Assembly (NCBI GenBank): GCA_001642005.1
Contig: LWCA01000008.1
Coordinates: 1-64,000 of the forward strand
DNA length: 64,000 nucleotides
Source of the DNA: Intoshia linei
Taxonomy: Eukaryota; Animalia; Orthonectida
Reading direction: 5' to 3'
Shown: positions 41,601-55,086 of the stretch, piece after piece
How the letters are laid out: each line of letters opens with the position of its first letter
Numbering within the stretch: the stretch's first letter is position 1
Notes under the pieces: model-generated
The model's input: only the letters and a program-made list of their open reading frames with translations
Database searches by the model: none
Told to the model about the DNA's origin: nothing
Program-made: the position numbers and the translations under genes

Positions 41601-43493
41601 CTGAATAAGTGACGCCTTCACGGTCAAAAAAGAACTTTAATATTTATTTTTTTTATTTTATTAAAACAAAAAATGTGAAATAATTAACTGTCCGACAAAA
41701 AAAAGAGATTATTCTGATTCAGCTTATTCCAGTTGACATAAATACAAAATTTCAACCCCAGAAATCTAAGAATTTTCGGTAAAAAATAATTTTTTAATAT
41801 ATTATCAGCCAATATTTTTTAAATATTTCGATTAAAATAAAAATTCAAAATGTAAATATTGATCCTACAATTTCCAAAAAAAATGTGCAGTGAACGTCTA
41901 CACATTTCTAATAAAGAAATATGGGTGAAAATCTATATAATTCAATTCTTCGGAATTTTTAAATAGAATCGAATGTAAGTTACCTTCGAATGAACTCCAA
42001 GCTGATTGCGGACGAGAACATATGGGTGTAACAGTTCTTCCAAATGTTACGTTTTTTTTAGGGTTTGGTTTCTGTATATAGTGGTTTTTCATCATTGAAG
42101 GATATTGAGCGTTATTTTTGGTATTATCAATAAGCTCTAATGTAGCACATGACGTTTTAACTACGTTTGTTGAACTAAATTTTGCAGATTTTGGTCTTGT
42201 CTAAAGATTTGAATATACATTTATTTAAATATATATATAATATATTTTGTATTATAATAATGATTATTATTATATTAGTTTTAACGATATTAATATTTCC
42301 ATGATATGGATATAGTCCGCCTGTAAGATTTCCCATTCATATATGTGTTTCTCAACACACCATTCTAGAAACTAGATTAAACTACATTATATGTATTAGC
42401 CACCTAATTTGTATTATATTACACCATGATGCACGATTTTAATTAAATAATGATAAAATCACGATAAAATAACATATTCGGATGACATATAAGTCTTCCT
42501 GTAAACATGATTTATATATGTAAATATATATTATAAAAAATATGAGTCTCATGGCAGCTGTTTGGTATTTTTTCGTATGGGAAAATATGCACCATCATTG
42601 AGATACTATAGCAATTTATAATATGTAAAACAAAATATTTTTTTTTTGTAATGATGATTTTTTTAATTTATCTATTGGTATAAGCAAAAATATTCTGAGA
42701 GGTCGAAAGAATGTTCTATTTTGTTGAACAGTGTAATATATTCAACTCTTGTCAGAAGACACCTTGTCAGACTCATAATTTATAATAATGATATGTTCTT
42801 TTATATCATTAATAAAAGATAACATTATTAAAAGTACGAAAATTTACATTATTAACATAATCTTGCTGGTCACTCAATTGAAATTTAAATGCGTATAATT
42901 CGGACAAGTATCCCAATCGAATAATATCATTGTGACGTAAAACAACACTAGAATTTTGAACCCTTGTATCATTAACATATGTCCCCTGTCTTGTATTTAA
43001 ATCGTGTATAATATAAGCCACCTCAGCTTCACTGTATTCTATTAGAATATGTTGATTTTCAATTTCTTCGCACTAAAAATTATTATTAAAATTTTATAAA
43101 AACAGAATATAAGTGAATAATTATTCAATTATAATTCAACCTATAGGTATATAAATGAAATGATGAAAAATTGAATGGTTTCTAAAAACGTTATTCAATT
43201 TACCCAAAATATATCTTAATGTCTTAATATTAATATCCATCAACGGAGTTATTTAAACAGTATCTATAAAGATTCTTACACGAAAATATTGTTGGAATAG
43301 TCCAGAAAAATTATATAAATATAGTTAATCCTAAATAACGCATATACAAAAATTGATATTTCATTTTTCATTACATTTCTGGAATGACCATAAATAAAAT
43401 GCCATGGCATATTATCATTACATTGATATTGACATCACACCCTGATCTACCGATAATTGTCAATTTCGAAGATAATTTGATAATGTTTTTCAT
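26651..43493 (-). CDS. FHAD1: Forkhead-associated domain-containing protein 1 (FHA + long coiled coil; roughly 20 exons; both ends approximate)
   Basis: The first exons give LTIIGRSGCDVNIN|CEEIENQHILIEYSEAEVAYIIHDLNTRQGTYVNDTRVQNSSVVLRHNDIIRLG (FHAD1-type FHA). A series of minus-strand coiled-coil exons follows (e.g. ~40044-40325, 38076-38318, 32930-33180, 30915-31223). The distal exon has KTKLLEGYESHL, resembling the FHAD1 C-terminal region. Confidence 0.8.
33710..33922. mobile_element. pogo/Tigger-like MITE
   Basis: TA|CAGTGAAACCTCTTTACAAAC ... GTTTATAAAGAGGTTTCACTG. Confidence 0.8.
34172..35813 (+). pseudogene. Decayed hAT-superfamily (hATm-like) transposase in an FHAD1 intron
   Basis: Left terminus TAGGGTG; fragments IHFDGK, ITDTIPANTGKHQGA, HILDLILK, ARWNSRAIY, EIAER; many stops and frameshifts; right TIR not found. 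Confidence 0.7.
41195..41960 (+). mobile_element. Helitron-family copy (5' ~770 bp)
   Basis: CTAACTTATATAATATGCTACGC start; collinear with the 23985 and 50336 copies; no 3' terminus. Confidence 0.8.
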
Positions 43494-45849
43494 TATATGC
43501 TTCGTGTCATTTATGGAAATATTTTCACATTTTAAATATTAATATAATATAAAAAAATTTGTTTGTGAAACTAAGCTAATATTTAAAGTATACAATGCGT
43601 TAAATATTGATTCTGACAATTTTTATAGTAATTTTACATGTGATTTATTAGACAGAATTCTTTCAGCTATATAAAATTATTTTATTTAGGTCAATATATT
43701 AATATAAAATAAATGCATTATTAAATTTTAAATATCACGTCACAACAATTAAAAATATTATATATGACTTAATTGAATTTACCATTTAATAATTGAAAAT
43801 AATATAACTTATTAAAAGTGTTTCTTTTTTAAGCAGTTATTGTTTTAAATAAGTTTCACATCCTTAATTAATAAGTACTTCAGCTAAAAATGTATGTCTA
43901 TGAATCTGTTTTTTTCTAACCATTTATTTAAGAAAGTTGGAAGTGTAAAGTTTTAAAAGATCCAATTTCTAATACATTTTTGGCGGATGAGGTTATATCG
44001 CTAAAGTTGCAGTATATATTAATTAATAATTAATTAATTTTACATTTAAATTAATATATTAATATAAGAATATTAAATTCAAAACTTAGTTAATCGTTGT
44101 GCGCAACTGACTCATGCAATTTCAGAATGTTTTACTAGTGATATAGTGTTTGTAATTTTATAGGAATATTAGGGTGTTTTTATATTTTTATAAGAACAAA
44201 AATACAGGGTCATACGACATGAGAAAAAATGAATAAAGTTATATTCACTATGACTTTATTCATTATTATTGTGAAATTAACGTGAAAATAATTTACTTTA
44301 AATATTAAATGTATATCTTTGATCTTAAATGTCTAATTCATTACAAAATATTTTTAAAATTTTCACTACAATTTTCGTTATAGTTGTACAATTGTATCCT
44401 GTTAACACACACAAAAAATTTCAATCTGAATATATGACGCCTTCGCGGTCAAAAAAGCATTTTAGTATTCATATATTTTTTTCCGAAATACACAATTACA
44501 AAAAATGTGAAATAATTAACTGTCCGAAAATTAAAAAAAAAATAAGATTATTTTGATAGAGTTATTCCTGTTTAAATCCTGCGACGATCAATTTTTTCAC
44601 TAAATGGATACACACAGACACAAACACACATACATTTTTATATAAGAAAAGGATCATGAATCATTGGCTTTAGTACATCCTGTATTCTTTTGATAAAACT
44701 TTCGATATCATTAAAAAAATACTATTGGTCTTATATGTATCACAATATTCTAGAAAATATCATTCAATTTGATTTATTTATCAAAAATAATTTTTTTAAA
44801 ATAGTACTTAAAAAATATTAAAGAAGAAGCAGTTAAAATATTTTGACTTATGTTCAATTAATTAATAAATTCATGTCTTTTTTTGAAATTATATATTTTT
44901 TACAATTACAATTGAAGATACAATTCTTTACAAATAGAAACTAATAAAAAATGTAATTCCTATTACCGTAATAAAACTTACACTGAGGGTAATTTCACTT
45001 GGATTGTTAAAATTAAAAATTCGTTATTTAATGAAAAAATATGCATTTTATGTAAAAAATCCAAATTATCATCAAAAATTCAAACAAAAATGGGATGAAA
45101 TATGCATGATAGGAGATACAAATGTGAAGATTGATGAGAAAGATGAAATTTTTCTTTAAATGAAAATTAATTCAAAGGCTATAAAATTTTAATACTATAT
45201 ATTAAAAATAAAAAATTTCATAAATGTAATTATTATTTTATCATTTTAAAAAGTATTTTGACGAGCCGCATGTGATCCAAGAACCTCTATATAACCACTC
45301 TTTATTATTTTATGCAACACCAACATGAAATGTTATTATTGTTTATAAAAAAAATTGAAATATATTTGGGCGGAGCAAATTGTAACGTTTTGTAAATGTA
45401 ATCGAATATTTAAAATTATATTTATTTCATAAAAATGTTAATTATCATCCATCCGTTAAAATTTATATTAATTTTAATTAATAAAAGTAAACAGCAGAAT
45501 AATATAAAACGATTCCATGCGAACAATATGGTGCGATTGAACTTTCCTTATTCATGTAATAATCATAATGGGAACCCTCCATCCCTAAATTTCTTAATCT
45601 GAATAATATAACGTTATACATTACATTATTTTTATATATTCACGGTAAACTGCGATTTACTATTACTATTTTATAATATTTAAATACACAATATTTACAT
45701 AAAATATATAATAAATGTACTGGCTTGTCCTAGTTTACATAGTTACCACCAGTGTTCACTTTAAGGTTTCTAAGTTTAGGGTCCCCAGATTTTTTTATAT
45801 ACGCCGCCATAATATATGCAGCATTAAGATTTTTTCATTCAAAATTGCA

Positions 45850-46640
45850 GCAAAAATTCCGAAGGAATGAATTATATAGATTTTCACCCATATTTCTTTA
45901 TTAGAAATGTGTAGAGGTTCACTGCACATTTTTTTTGAAATTGTAGGATCAATATTTACATTTTCACTTTTTATTTTAATCGAAATATTTGAAAAATATT
46001 GGTTGATAATATATTAAAAATTATTTTTCATCGGGAATGTGTAGATTTCTCGGGTTGAACTTTTGTATTTATATCAACTGGAATAAGCTCTATAAAAATT
46101 TAATTTAATTTTTTTTTTAATTTTTGGATTAATTAAAAATCATTAAACCATTAATTATTTCACATTTTTTGTTTTCTAAAATATTTTAAAAAAAAATATG
46201 AATACTAAAATGCTTTTTTGACTGAGAAGTCGTCACTTATTAAGATTGAAATTTTTTGTGTGTGTTAACAGGATACAACTGTACCACCTGTAAATTTTGT
46301 TTTCATTAAAAAAAAAAAGTAATTTGTGGTTTTGGCTTTGAAGATATACTTTTTTTATATTTAAATTTATGATAATGTTTATGATTTTAAAATCCGTATC
46401 ATATATTTTTTTAAATTCTCCAACTCGTTTGATTTTCAAGAAGGAAAAGAGGGACAATTAAGGTTTTTGACCTGTAAGATGTGAGTTTGGGAGGTTGAAA
46501 TTATATTTGCGAACACACCCGGAAAAAACTGTAATTAAAATATTAAATTTATAAAATTCTAATTAAATAGTAGTTATTTAAATAAAGCTGAACACACACA
46601 CACACCCAAACAAAAATCGCGTAACACTTAATATAAGTTA
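45850..46640 (-). mobile_element. Helitron-family copy (5' ~790 bp), inverted relative to 41195-41960
   Basis: Reverse-complement match to 41195-41960 along most of its length. Confidence 0.8.
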
Positions 46641-48136
46641 AAATAAAAAAAATAAATGAATTTATTCATAAAATTCTCACGATCCCTCGGTTGAAAACCA
46701 CTGATTTAGATTATATTTATCGTTGTTTATATTTATATTATAGTTTAAAATATCCAATATTATAATAAAATTATTAGTCCATATTAATTATTAATTAAAA
46801 TTTTATAAAGTTAATCAGGTTAAAAAATCAAATTTTTTTTTAAATTTTAACTTTTTTTAGATTAATAAATTTAAATGATTGTAATGACTAAATGATATGA
46901 CTATTATATTAAATTTATGATAAAAAATCACACTCGAAAAAATTTTTAAAAATCGACTCTCTTTATTTTTTTAAATAAAGTGAAACAGATACATAAACCG
47001 ACATAAATGTTTAATTAAAGTACTGTATATAAGTTAGGATTGCAACCGTTATGTTACATCTGCAGGACGGAGATTATGTATTGTTTATTTTAATTTTATT
47101 TACTTATAAATTTATGTTATAATATTAGGCTAAATTCATGTTATGTAAAGTTTAAAATTGAATGTTTAACTTTATTAATACAAATAATTTTAACATTCAT
47201 TTAATTTTTAAAATAATTTTTTTTGCTTATTAAATGTCTAACGTTGTAGTCGTAAATGCTGAAAGTGATCATACTGAGAATCGCGTTTTGATTACAGTTC
47301 TATTATGTCTTTTTTGCACACCCTGTGTCGGTAATTATTAATTTATATGTTTGAACTATTTTTGGTTAATGTCATATTATTTTTCCTCTTGCATTTACAT
47401 TATTTTATAGGTGCCATATATTACTGTTGTTGCTCGCACTAGGAAGAAATTTAAAATATATTAATAGTTTGTTACATTTACTATCAATAAATGTTAAAAT
47501 GATGTACATTATAATTTCCGTTATTCATTTATTCGGTTATTTGCCCATTCCGTTATTTTCATTTGTATATTTAAATTATTATTTAATGTTTTCGAATTTA
47601 ATCATTGTTTATGAAGAAAAATTTTGGTAAAATCGAAGCCAAAAAATTGGAAACATTTATCTAAAAGTATATGGGTTAAGGCGGTTGATATTCTGGTATT
47701 ATAAATCGCGTTAATCGAGGTAGACTTATATTGGGTATATGTATCTAATTTGTTTATTTTGAAGAATTATTTTTGATTTTTTGAAGCAGCCGCATGATAG
47801 GAACGGCTCTGGTCCACATAAAAATATCATTTTATTTAACATATTTATATGTTAGCTTTGTACACTACATATTTGAGTATCAATATAAATAATTCCATAA
47901 TTTATTGAATAGTACAAATAGAGAGATTAAATATTTGAAGAATCATAAGTACATTTCATTTTATTAAAACGTTTCGATTCCTAATATTATTTTGTCTAGT
48001 TATAATATATAGATAATGACTTAACAAATCACTACATTAAGACTTTAAATAATTAATCTAAAGATAATTTACCAATGCAGAATTATGGAAAGGTGCACTT
48101 TCTTGTAACTACTGTACTGTTACTAGACCTAAATCA

Positions 48137-48406
48137 TTACTGAGGAAGTGTATGTGTATTTTCGCATATTGGGAACCATTGGAAATATTCGATTTGTTTT
48201 CGTCCAATTTTTTGGATTATATGACCACTTTTAATATTAAAATTACACGCTTCTGAAAATATCACATTTTTCCATAACTTCATGGAATATCCAATGAGAT
48301 TAGTACTGAATTCCAATCTCTTTGGAATATTCAGTGCTGATATCCTGGTTTTCTTGTAACTGACGATTATCAAAATATAATCCGCGGATCTTGTTAAGAC
48401 GTGCAT
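48137..48406 (-). pseudogene. Tc1-like transposase fragment
   Basis: KRLEFS...WKNVIFSEACNFNI resembles the Tc1 RLxFA...WxxVIFSDESKFNL motif, with the catalytic Asp lost. Confidence 0.65.
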
Positions 48407-48999
48407 TTCAAAAAAAATATAACTAATTTAAATTAATAAAGCTCAATTTGAGCACTACATTAAAATTAATCTTGCTTCCTAAAATTTTGCATAGACATAC
48501 GTATAAATCAGAAGAATAAAATTAGAGAATGACATATCAGAGAATATTACTGAACAAATATGTATGACCATTCATTCCAATTTTTTGACCAAAATGTCTA
48601 ATTTTTTAGCTTTGCACGTCATTGAGCACTTCTATGATGTTATTTTTTTATGTAAAATTTGGCATGTGTGTATGTATTCATAAAATGAACAAAATTATCG
48701 AAGGGCCTATCAGAAAATGTAAAAAAAAATTTACTATGAAAATTTTGTCCACCCTATTATACTCATTCTCTCTTATAAATTAATTAAATTTAAAAATTGG
48801 TCATAATTTACGCTCGATGCCGAATATCAAATACAAATAATAATATTAATGTATAATACATTATTTTTTTCATTATACGATCCCGAAATCATTGGTCCAT
48901 GCACAATTTGCAGTGCACATGGATCCATAAAATAACATAATATTACGTTGCAATTATAAAGTAACAAAATTTAATACTTTAATTTTTTTAAAATTAAAA

Positions 49000-51813
49000 C
49001 TAACTAGAAAATATATTAATTGTTTCAGGTTTCACAATTATAATTGATGGCCTAGGATGATCTCTGTACATATGATCGTAAATTAATTTAATCATTTCTT
49101 TATTGTGCAGAATTCCCACATGAGTATTTTGATCAAATTGTTGATGATATCTAAAATATTTTGATTTGCTCCATTTGGTACACCGCGTTAACGATTCATA
49201 GTTTACTGTACCATCAGCTTTTTCATAATACAACTTAGGTTTACCATGCGGATAATCGGTATGTCTATAATCTAATTGTTTTATCGTATATAATCCACCT
49301 CCGTAGAAACACAAAGTATCAACTTGAGGCTCTTTAAGATCGTTAACTAGTGACTTCACTGCTTTCCATCTGTTCAATCCATATGGAATATTAACGGATG
49401 TCAATAATTCATCCATATTATTTATAGTATAATTTTTGTTCTTTGTCAATACAAATGGCTCTTGAGATTTCCATTTAGTTGTAGATGGAGCTGCCGCTAT
49501 AGGTACATTCCAAGACGTTTCTAATTTTTTCCACTGTTCGGGTTTTGTATAAAATATGCCAAAGCTGTCTCCTAAATATATCTTGTATTATTTATATTTA
49601 ACATGAATATACCCAATAGCATGCCTTTAATGGTTTTCACAGAACCACTGAACGGACCACTTATTGGAATGTATAATTTTATATGATCATTTTTCCATTT
49701 TTGTGATTTATGATTCAAAAAATACAATGCTACTATTGTACCAAAAGAATGAGCCACAATTGTAACTTTTTTTTTACTTACGTTGTACATTTTTTCAATT
49801 AATTCTCCCACTTTATCATAGTATGCATCGTCTAATTTAAAAAAATAATTATCTTATAATTTTGTCTATTACTCGGAATTTTTCTAAAGTCGTACGGAGC
49901 GGCAGCAATATCGATACCATTTTCATATTGTCTCAGTAAGAAAAAATTGTAAAACGTATGGAAAAGCTCAGCTAGATTGCATGATATATATTTCAAATTA
50001 ATTTTAAAATATTACTACGACGTATTTTCAATGTTGATAAATCTACAATAGCATCCATTCTACCAAAACTATCATTATGTATGGTAATATTAACGCCTGG
50101 AGTATTATTGCCATATTTCAAATTGTGGTTATCGTAATGTAACCTATAAATAATTATTAGATAATTATTAGCCTATGTCAAAAAACACGTTTTTTATGAA
50201 TAAACAAAGGCCATAGGTAAATATGAGAAATTTTGTGTATGTTACGAATATTCATATGAAAATATGGATAATCTTGTCAAAGGTTTAAAATTGGGATTAA
50301 GTTTTTGAATTATTAATATAATTACGTTGAAACAATCCTAACTTATATAATATGCAACGCAATATTTATTTGTGTGTGTGTGTTCCACTTTATTAAAAAA
50401 ACTACCAGTCTTAGAATTTTATAAAGTCCACATTTCAATTACAGTTTTTTTCCGGGACGTATAATAAGATAAATTTCAACCTCCTAAACTCACATCTTAC
50501 GGGTCAAAAACCCCAATTGTCCGTCTTTTTGAAAATCAAACAAGTTGGAGAATTTAAAAAAATAAATACACTGATACGGCTTTTAAAATCATAAACATTA
50601 TCATGAATTTAAATTTAAAAAAATTATACCTCAGGGCCAAAACCACAAATTCCTTTTTTTTTTTAATGAAAAAAGCCTTAGAATTTAAAAAAATTTCAAT
50701 TCGAATACGTGACGACTTCACGGTCAAAAAAGCATTTTAGTATTCGTATAATTTTTTTCCGAAATATTTTATTAAAATAAAAAATGTGAAATAATTAACG
50801 GGCCGAAAATTAAAAAAAAAATATTATTCTGATATAGCTTATTCCAGTTGATATAAATACAAAAGTTCAACCCCAGACATTTACGCATTGCCGATGAAAA
50901 ATAATTTTTAATATATTTCAACCAATATTTTTTAAATATTTCGATTAAAATAAAAATTAAAAATGTAAATATTGATCCTATTCTTTACACAAATGTTAAC
51001 AAAACTAAATTAAGATGGAATAATTCACTTTAAAGTAAAAAGTAATGTGATATGATGGTTCCATCTGAAACAAATTTGGGAACCACTCCTTTAAATGATT
51101 GATAATAGTGAATACAGTAAAATCTCGATTATGTAAATTTTAAAACGTTAAATTTTAGTTTATTTGGAGTTGAATTAGAGTGTCCATAAGTACTAAATAC
51201 GTACTCCATAAATACCATAGATAATTTTAGTCAATATTTTACTTGTAATATTTCACTTTCTTAATAAAGTGAAGTTTTAATAATTTTATATTTTATAAAA
51301 ACACTTTATATCGTTTAATTTGGATCACATTAAATTTATTAATTAATAAAAATTAATTATTTTTTAATTATGACAAAAAAAATTATAATTCTAAAGAGAG
51401 TTTATTGATTTTTACAAACATTTGGAAAATCATAGTGGTTGTACGTAATACATAACAGTCAACCTAGTTATAATATATAAATTATAAAATTATTATAATT
51501 TTAAATCAAGTTGCTCAAGGTGTTAAAATTAGTCGCTAAAAATGGATTACATCATTCTTTCTTTAAAGCAATCGAATTGTGGCCATAATTCAAATTTGAA
51601 GTTTATCCACTCGGTATATCTATCATTATTTTTCAAGCAATACCATGATAGTTTAGCATCTTTTAGAGTATTATCGAGTTTAGAACCACCAAATCCTGGA
51701 ACTAAATATTAAAGTACAAAACGAAAACATTTACAAAAAAGGATGGGCATATTTTCCGATAATGCTAATTTTAACATATAACATAATAGAGCAGAAATAA
51801 TACTTAACTTCAT
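49000..51813 (-). CDS. Secreted LCAT / lysosomal phospholipase A2 (group XV)-family acyltransferase, about 6 exons
   Basis: Signal peptide MKLSIISALLCYMLKLALS; PILFFPGFGGSKL; lid cysteines (WYC...FDC); AAPYDFRK; nucleophile elbow AHSFG; GPFSGS; DGTV; THVGIL. The Ser-Asp-His triad is intact. Confidence 0.92.
50336..51467 (+). mobile_element. Non-autonomous Helitron with both termini in an LCAT/LPLA2 intron, carrying a secondary insertion (~51113-51430)
   Basis: A|TCCTAACTTATATAATATGCAACGC ... TGTACGTAATACATAACAGTCAACCTAG|T; part of the insertion recurs inverted at ~53452-53590. Confidence 0.82.
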
Positions 51814-54800
51814 AATGAACGAAATTATATAATACTTTATCTAATAAAAACATAAATAATTATGTATTAATATTAATTACAATATTGACTAAACGTAAAT
51901 TTCTCAATATATATATAAATTAATAAAGTATTTCAAAATAATGTAAATATAGTCAGTTTGATATAATCTGAATATACTATAAATGTTATCATTCATTTCA
52001 AATTAGCCAGTTTAAAACATAATGATATAAAATATAATAAGAAATAATAATTAAGACAAAAAACTTGTTTAGACAATAAGTCATATTATTTCACTTTTTC
52101 ATCATATAATTTTTGGATTTACGATTTTATTTTATTTATTATTTGCTAGCAAACTCTCAAGTACTATATTAAACTTTTGTAAAAAGTACTGAGTTAATGT
52201 GTACTTAGTTTTACTATTACAAAAACTCAGTACTTAATTTTGAACCTCATTTATTTTACGAGTCACTTATTTTTGAAAATTATTTATTTTGCCAATTAGA
52301 TTGGTTTTTTAAACAATGCATTAAAAAATTACATTAAATAAATAATTAAATTATCAATACCTGCAACTAACGCAACAATTGAAAGATTATTTTCTGCGGT
52401 GGGGACCAATTTTATATTATGATGAAAATTAAATTATAATAAACTAACTTGACTGTTATGTACTTCGTACAAACATCATCTTAGCTCTGCCGAGGGCGGA
52501 CATTTTTATTCTTCCAGAAAAATAAATTAAGTAAGGAAATTTAACCTAAAAATGCTACTATTCACTATTATAAATTATTTAAATAAGTCGTTCCAAACTT
52601 GTTACACGTGGACCCGTCATATCACATTACTTTTGAATTTAAAGTGAATTATTGCATGTTAAATTTATTTTGTTAACATTTATGTAAAGAATTTTCAAAA
52701 AAATGGTTATCCCATTTTTTTAATTTATTAGACAGAACTTCTGTATAATATTAAAATTAAAGTAAAAACAGTCTGTAATGATGAATGTAGCAGGATAAGT
52801 AAAGAGCCTTTATAATAACAAGATATTTACAGATGTTAATTTAAAAATAATAACACGTGATAAATGTAAATAAACAATTTAATCTTCATAGTGATCACAT
52901 TGACATCACTACACCTCCCACACAAAATCCTTAAAATAGACAGAGCGGTTCGTTTTCTTTTTCTTGGTTTATATTGATTTTGTTGTTTACTTTATATTTT
53001 TTATATGGCATTAAAAGTATAATTATAAATTCTACACTACAACATAAATATTTACACAGGATTTGACAGGAATTTAGTTAAAATGTTAATTCTACATAAA
53101 AAATAAAATGAATACTCAACTGTTTATATAAGACTAAGTTGATTGTTATGTACTATGTACAATCAGTGGTAATCAATAAATTATTGCAATAGCAATAATT
53201 GCAATAAATTTATTGCAATAATTTATTTTTGATAAAAAATATATTGGAGCAATAATTTAAAATATTTCAACAAAGTTATTATTAAAGTTTTATTAGTTAA
53301 CTAATAAAGATCACTAAACTTACTTATTTACTTATATACTAAACTTAAAAATATATTATCACTCAAAAATGTACTTTTCAATAAAATTTTTATAATTTTC
53401 GTCATCTGCCTACTCTAAATCGAAATAACAAATAACAATATAGTAATTATNTATTAAAACTTCACTTTATTAAGAAAGTGAAAAATTACAAATAAAATAT
53501 TGACTAAAATTATCAATGGTATTTATGGAGTACGTATTTAGTACTTATAAAAATACGTACTTTTGTTAAAATAAGTACTTATGGACACACTATTTTATTT
53601 AATGATATGGGTAAAACATTGTTATCTGAAAGTTCATGTTATAGCAGAGTGGATAATTTGTATACCGATTTGGACATCTTTTTATTTAAGATGAACTAAT
53701 CTGAGTTCCTTTGTGCCAATCGTTACAGAAAGTAAACAAATTTTTGGATTTAATAAAATTTAGAATTTGGAAAATATAATTTGAAGTATAGTTTTGTATT
53801 TCGGCTTTTGGAAACATCCTATTGTACACTGTACGTTGGTTCGATATTAAAGTTAATAGATAATATATGTATAATAATATGATGAAATCTTTGAATAAAT
53901 ACAAACACGTACACGTATATAAATAAATGTAATATTTGTTACTACACATAATAAATTATTCACTGTTTACAACGAATTCTAATGACATACTAACCTCAAA
54001 TCCAAGTATCCAAAGTGTTACATATGGATCCTGGCGAGTCCACCAAATAATTTATTTTTATTATTTGGAATTTAAATAAAATTACGTCGATCGACATTAT
54101 GATCTGACAATTCTGTAAAATCACATAATACATATTATTTACATAATTATAATGTAGATTATTTTCTATGAAATAAAAACAGTATGCTTCCATTTCTGAA
54201 ATTGACGCCTTCGCAGTAAGAAAAGCATATTATGGCTTCAATAGTAACCCTTATTTTGTTAATTATTTTAATTAAAATTGAAATAAAAACTATTATATAA
54301 TATACTAGTTGAGTGTTATGTACTACGTACATTGTACGTCGTACAAACAGCATCTAGCTTGCCGATGGCTCATTTTTATTCTACACAAAAAATATATTAA
54401 AGTTGAAAATCTAACTTAAAAATGCTGCTATTCACTATTACCAATCGTTTAAAGGAGTGGTTCCCACATTTGTTTCACGTGGAACCGTCATATCACATTA
54501 CTTTTTACTTTGAAGTGAATAATTTCCCAAAAAAAAGTGTATACTGTGAATTAGTTTTTTGAACATAAAACTTTAACTTAAAAACTAAATGACCTGCGTC
54601 AAATGGCTTTTAATTGGAAAATCTTGAGTAGATATATAATAAGTTAATATTGTTACTAATTTGTATACAACTCTATTTAGCTTAATAGTTTTGTATTTTA
54701 GTTATATAGTCCGACCCCGTTTTTCGGCAAACCTCAGAGTGGATATACTCGTATTTTGGAACAGTTTTACAATCTCAAAATTAACACACCACGTTTGATT

Positions 54801-54840
54801 TGGTGCATCTCCAAATTTGGTGCAATTATATCAAAACATA

Positions 54841-55086
54841 CTATCCATACCTAAATAAAAAAATACAAATAATTTATAGAATCATTTCTAAAAACATTTC
54901 TTACCTTGGTCTATTCATTTCCATCAACCTTCCTTTTATTATGCTGACAACATCGTTAAAATTTTTATCTTGACTCGTTTCAATTTCATTATAAGGATTA
55001 ATAATATCGTCAATATCCATTATTCTTCCGTTGACACAACTGATAACCAATATTAATGAAAAAATTAAAAAAATGTTTTTATGCAT
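54841..55086 (-). CDS. NPY/NPF-family neuropeptide precursor A; exons 54905-55086 and 54841-54850; 63 aa
   Basis: MHKNIFLIFSLILVISCVNG|RIMDIDDIINPYNEIETSQDKNFNDVVSIIKGRLMEMNRPR^YG*. A phase-2 intron splits the last Arg codon (CCA AG|gtaa...tttag|G TAT GGA TAG), the hallmark intron position of NPY/NPF genes. Confidence 0.85.

Noticed and set aside
53590-54250. Coding-like composition with short ORFs
   Set aside because: Frames are interrupted and no family motif is recognisable; may be a decayed element, but not supportable without a search.
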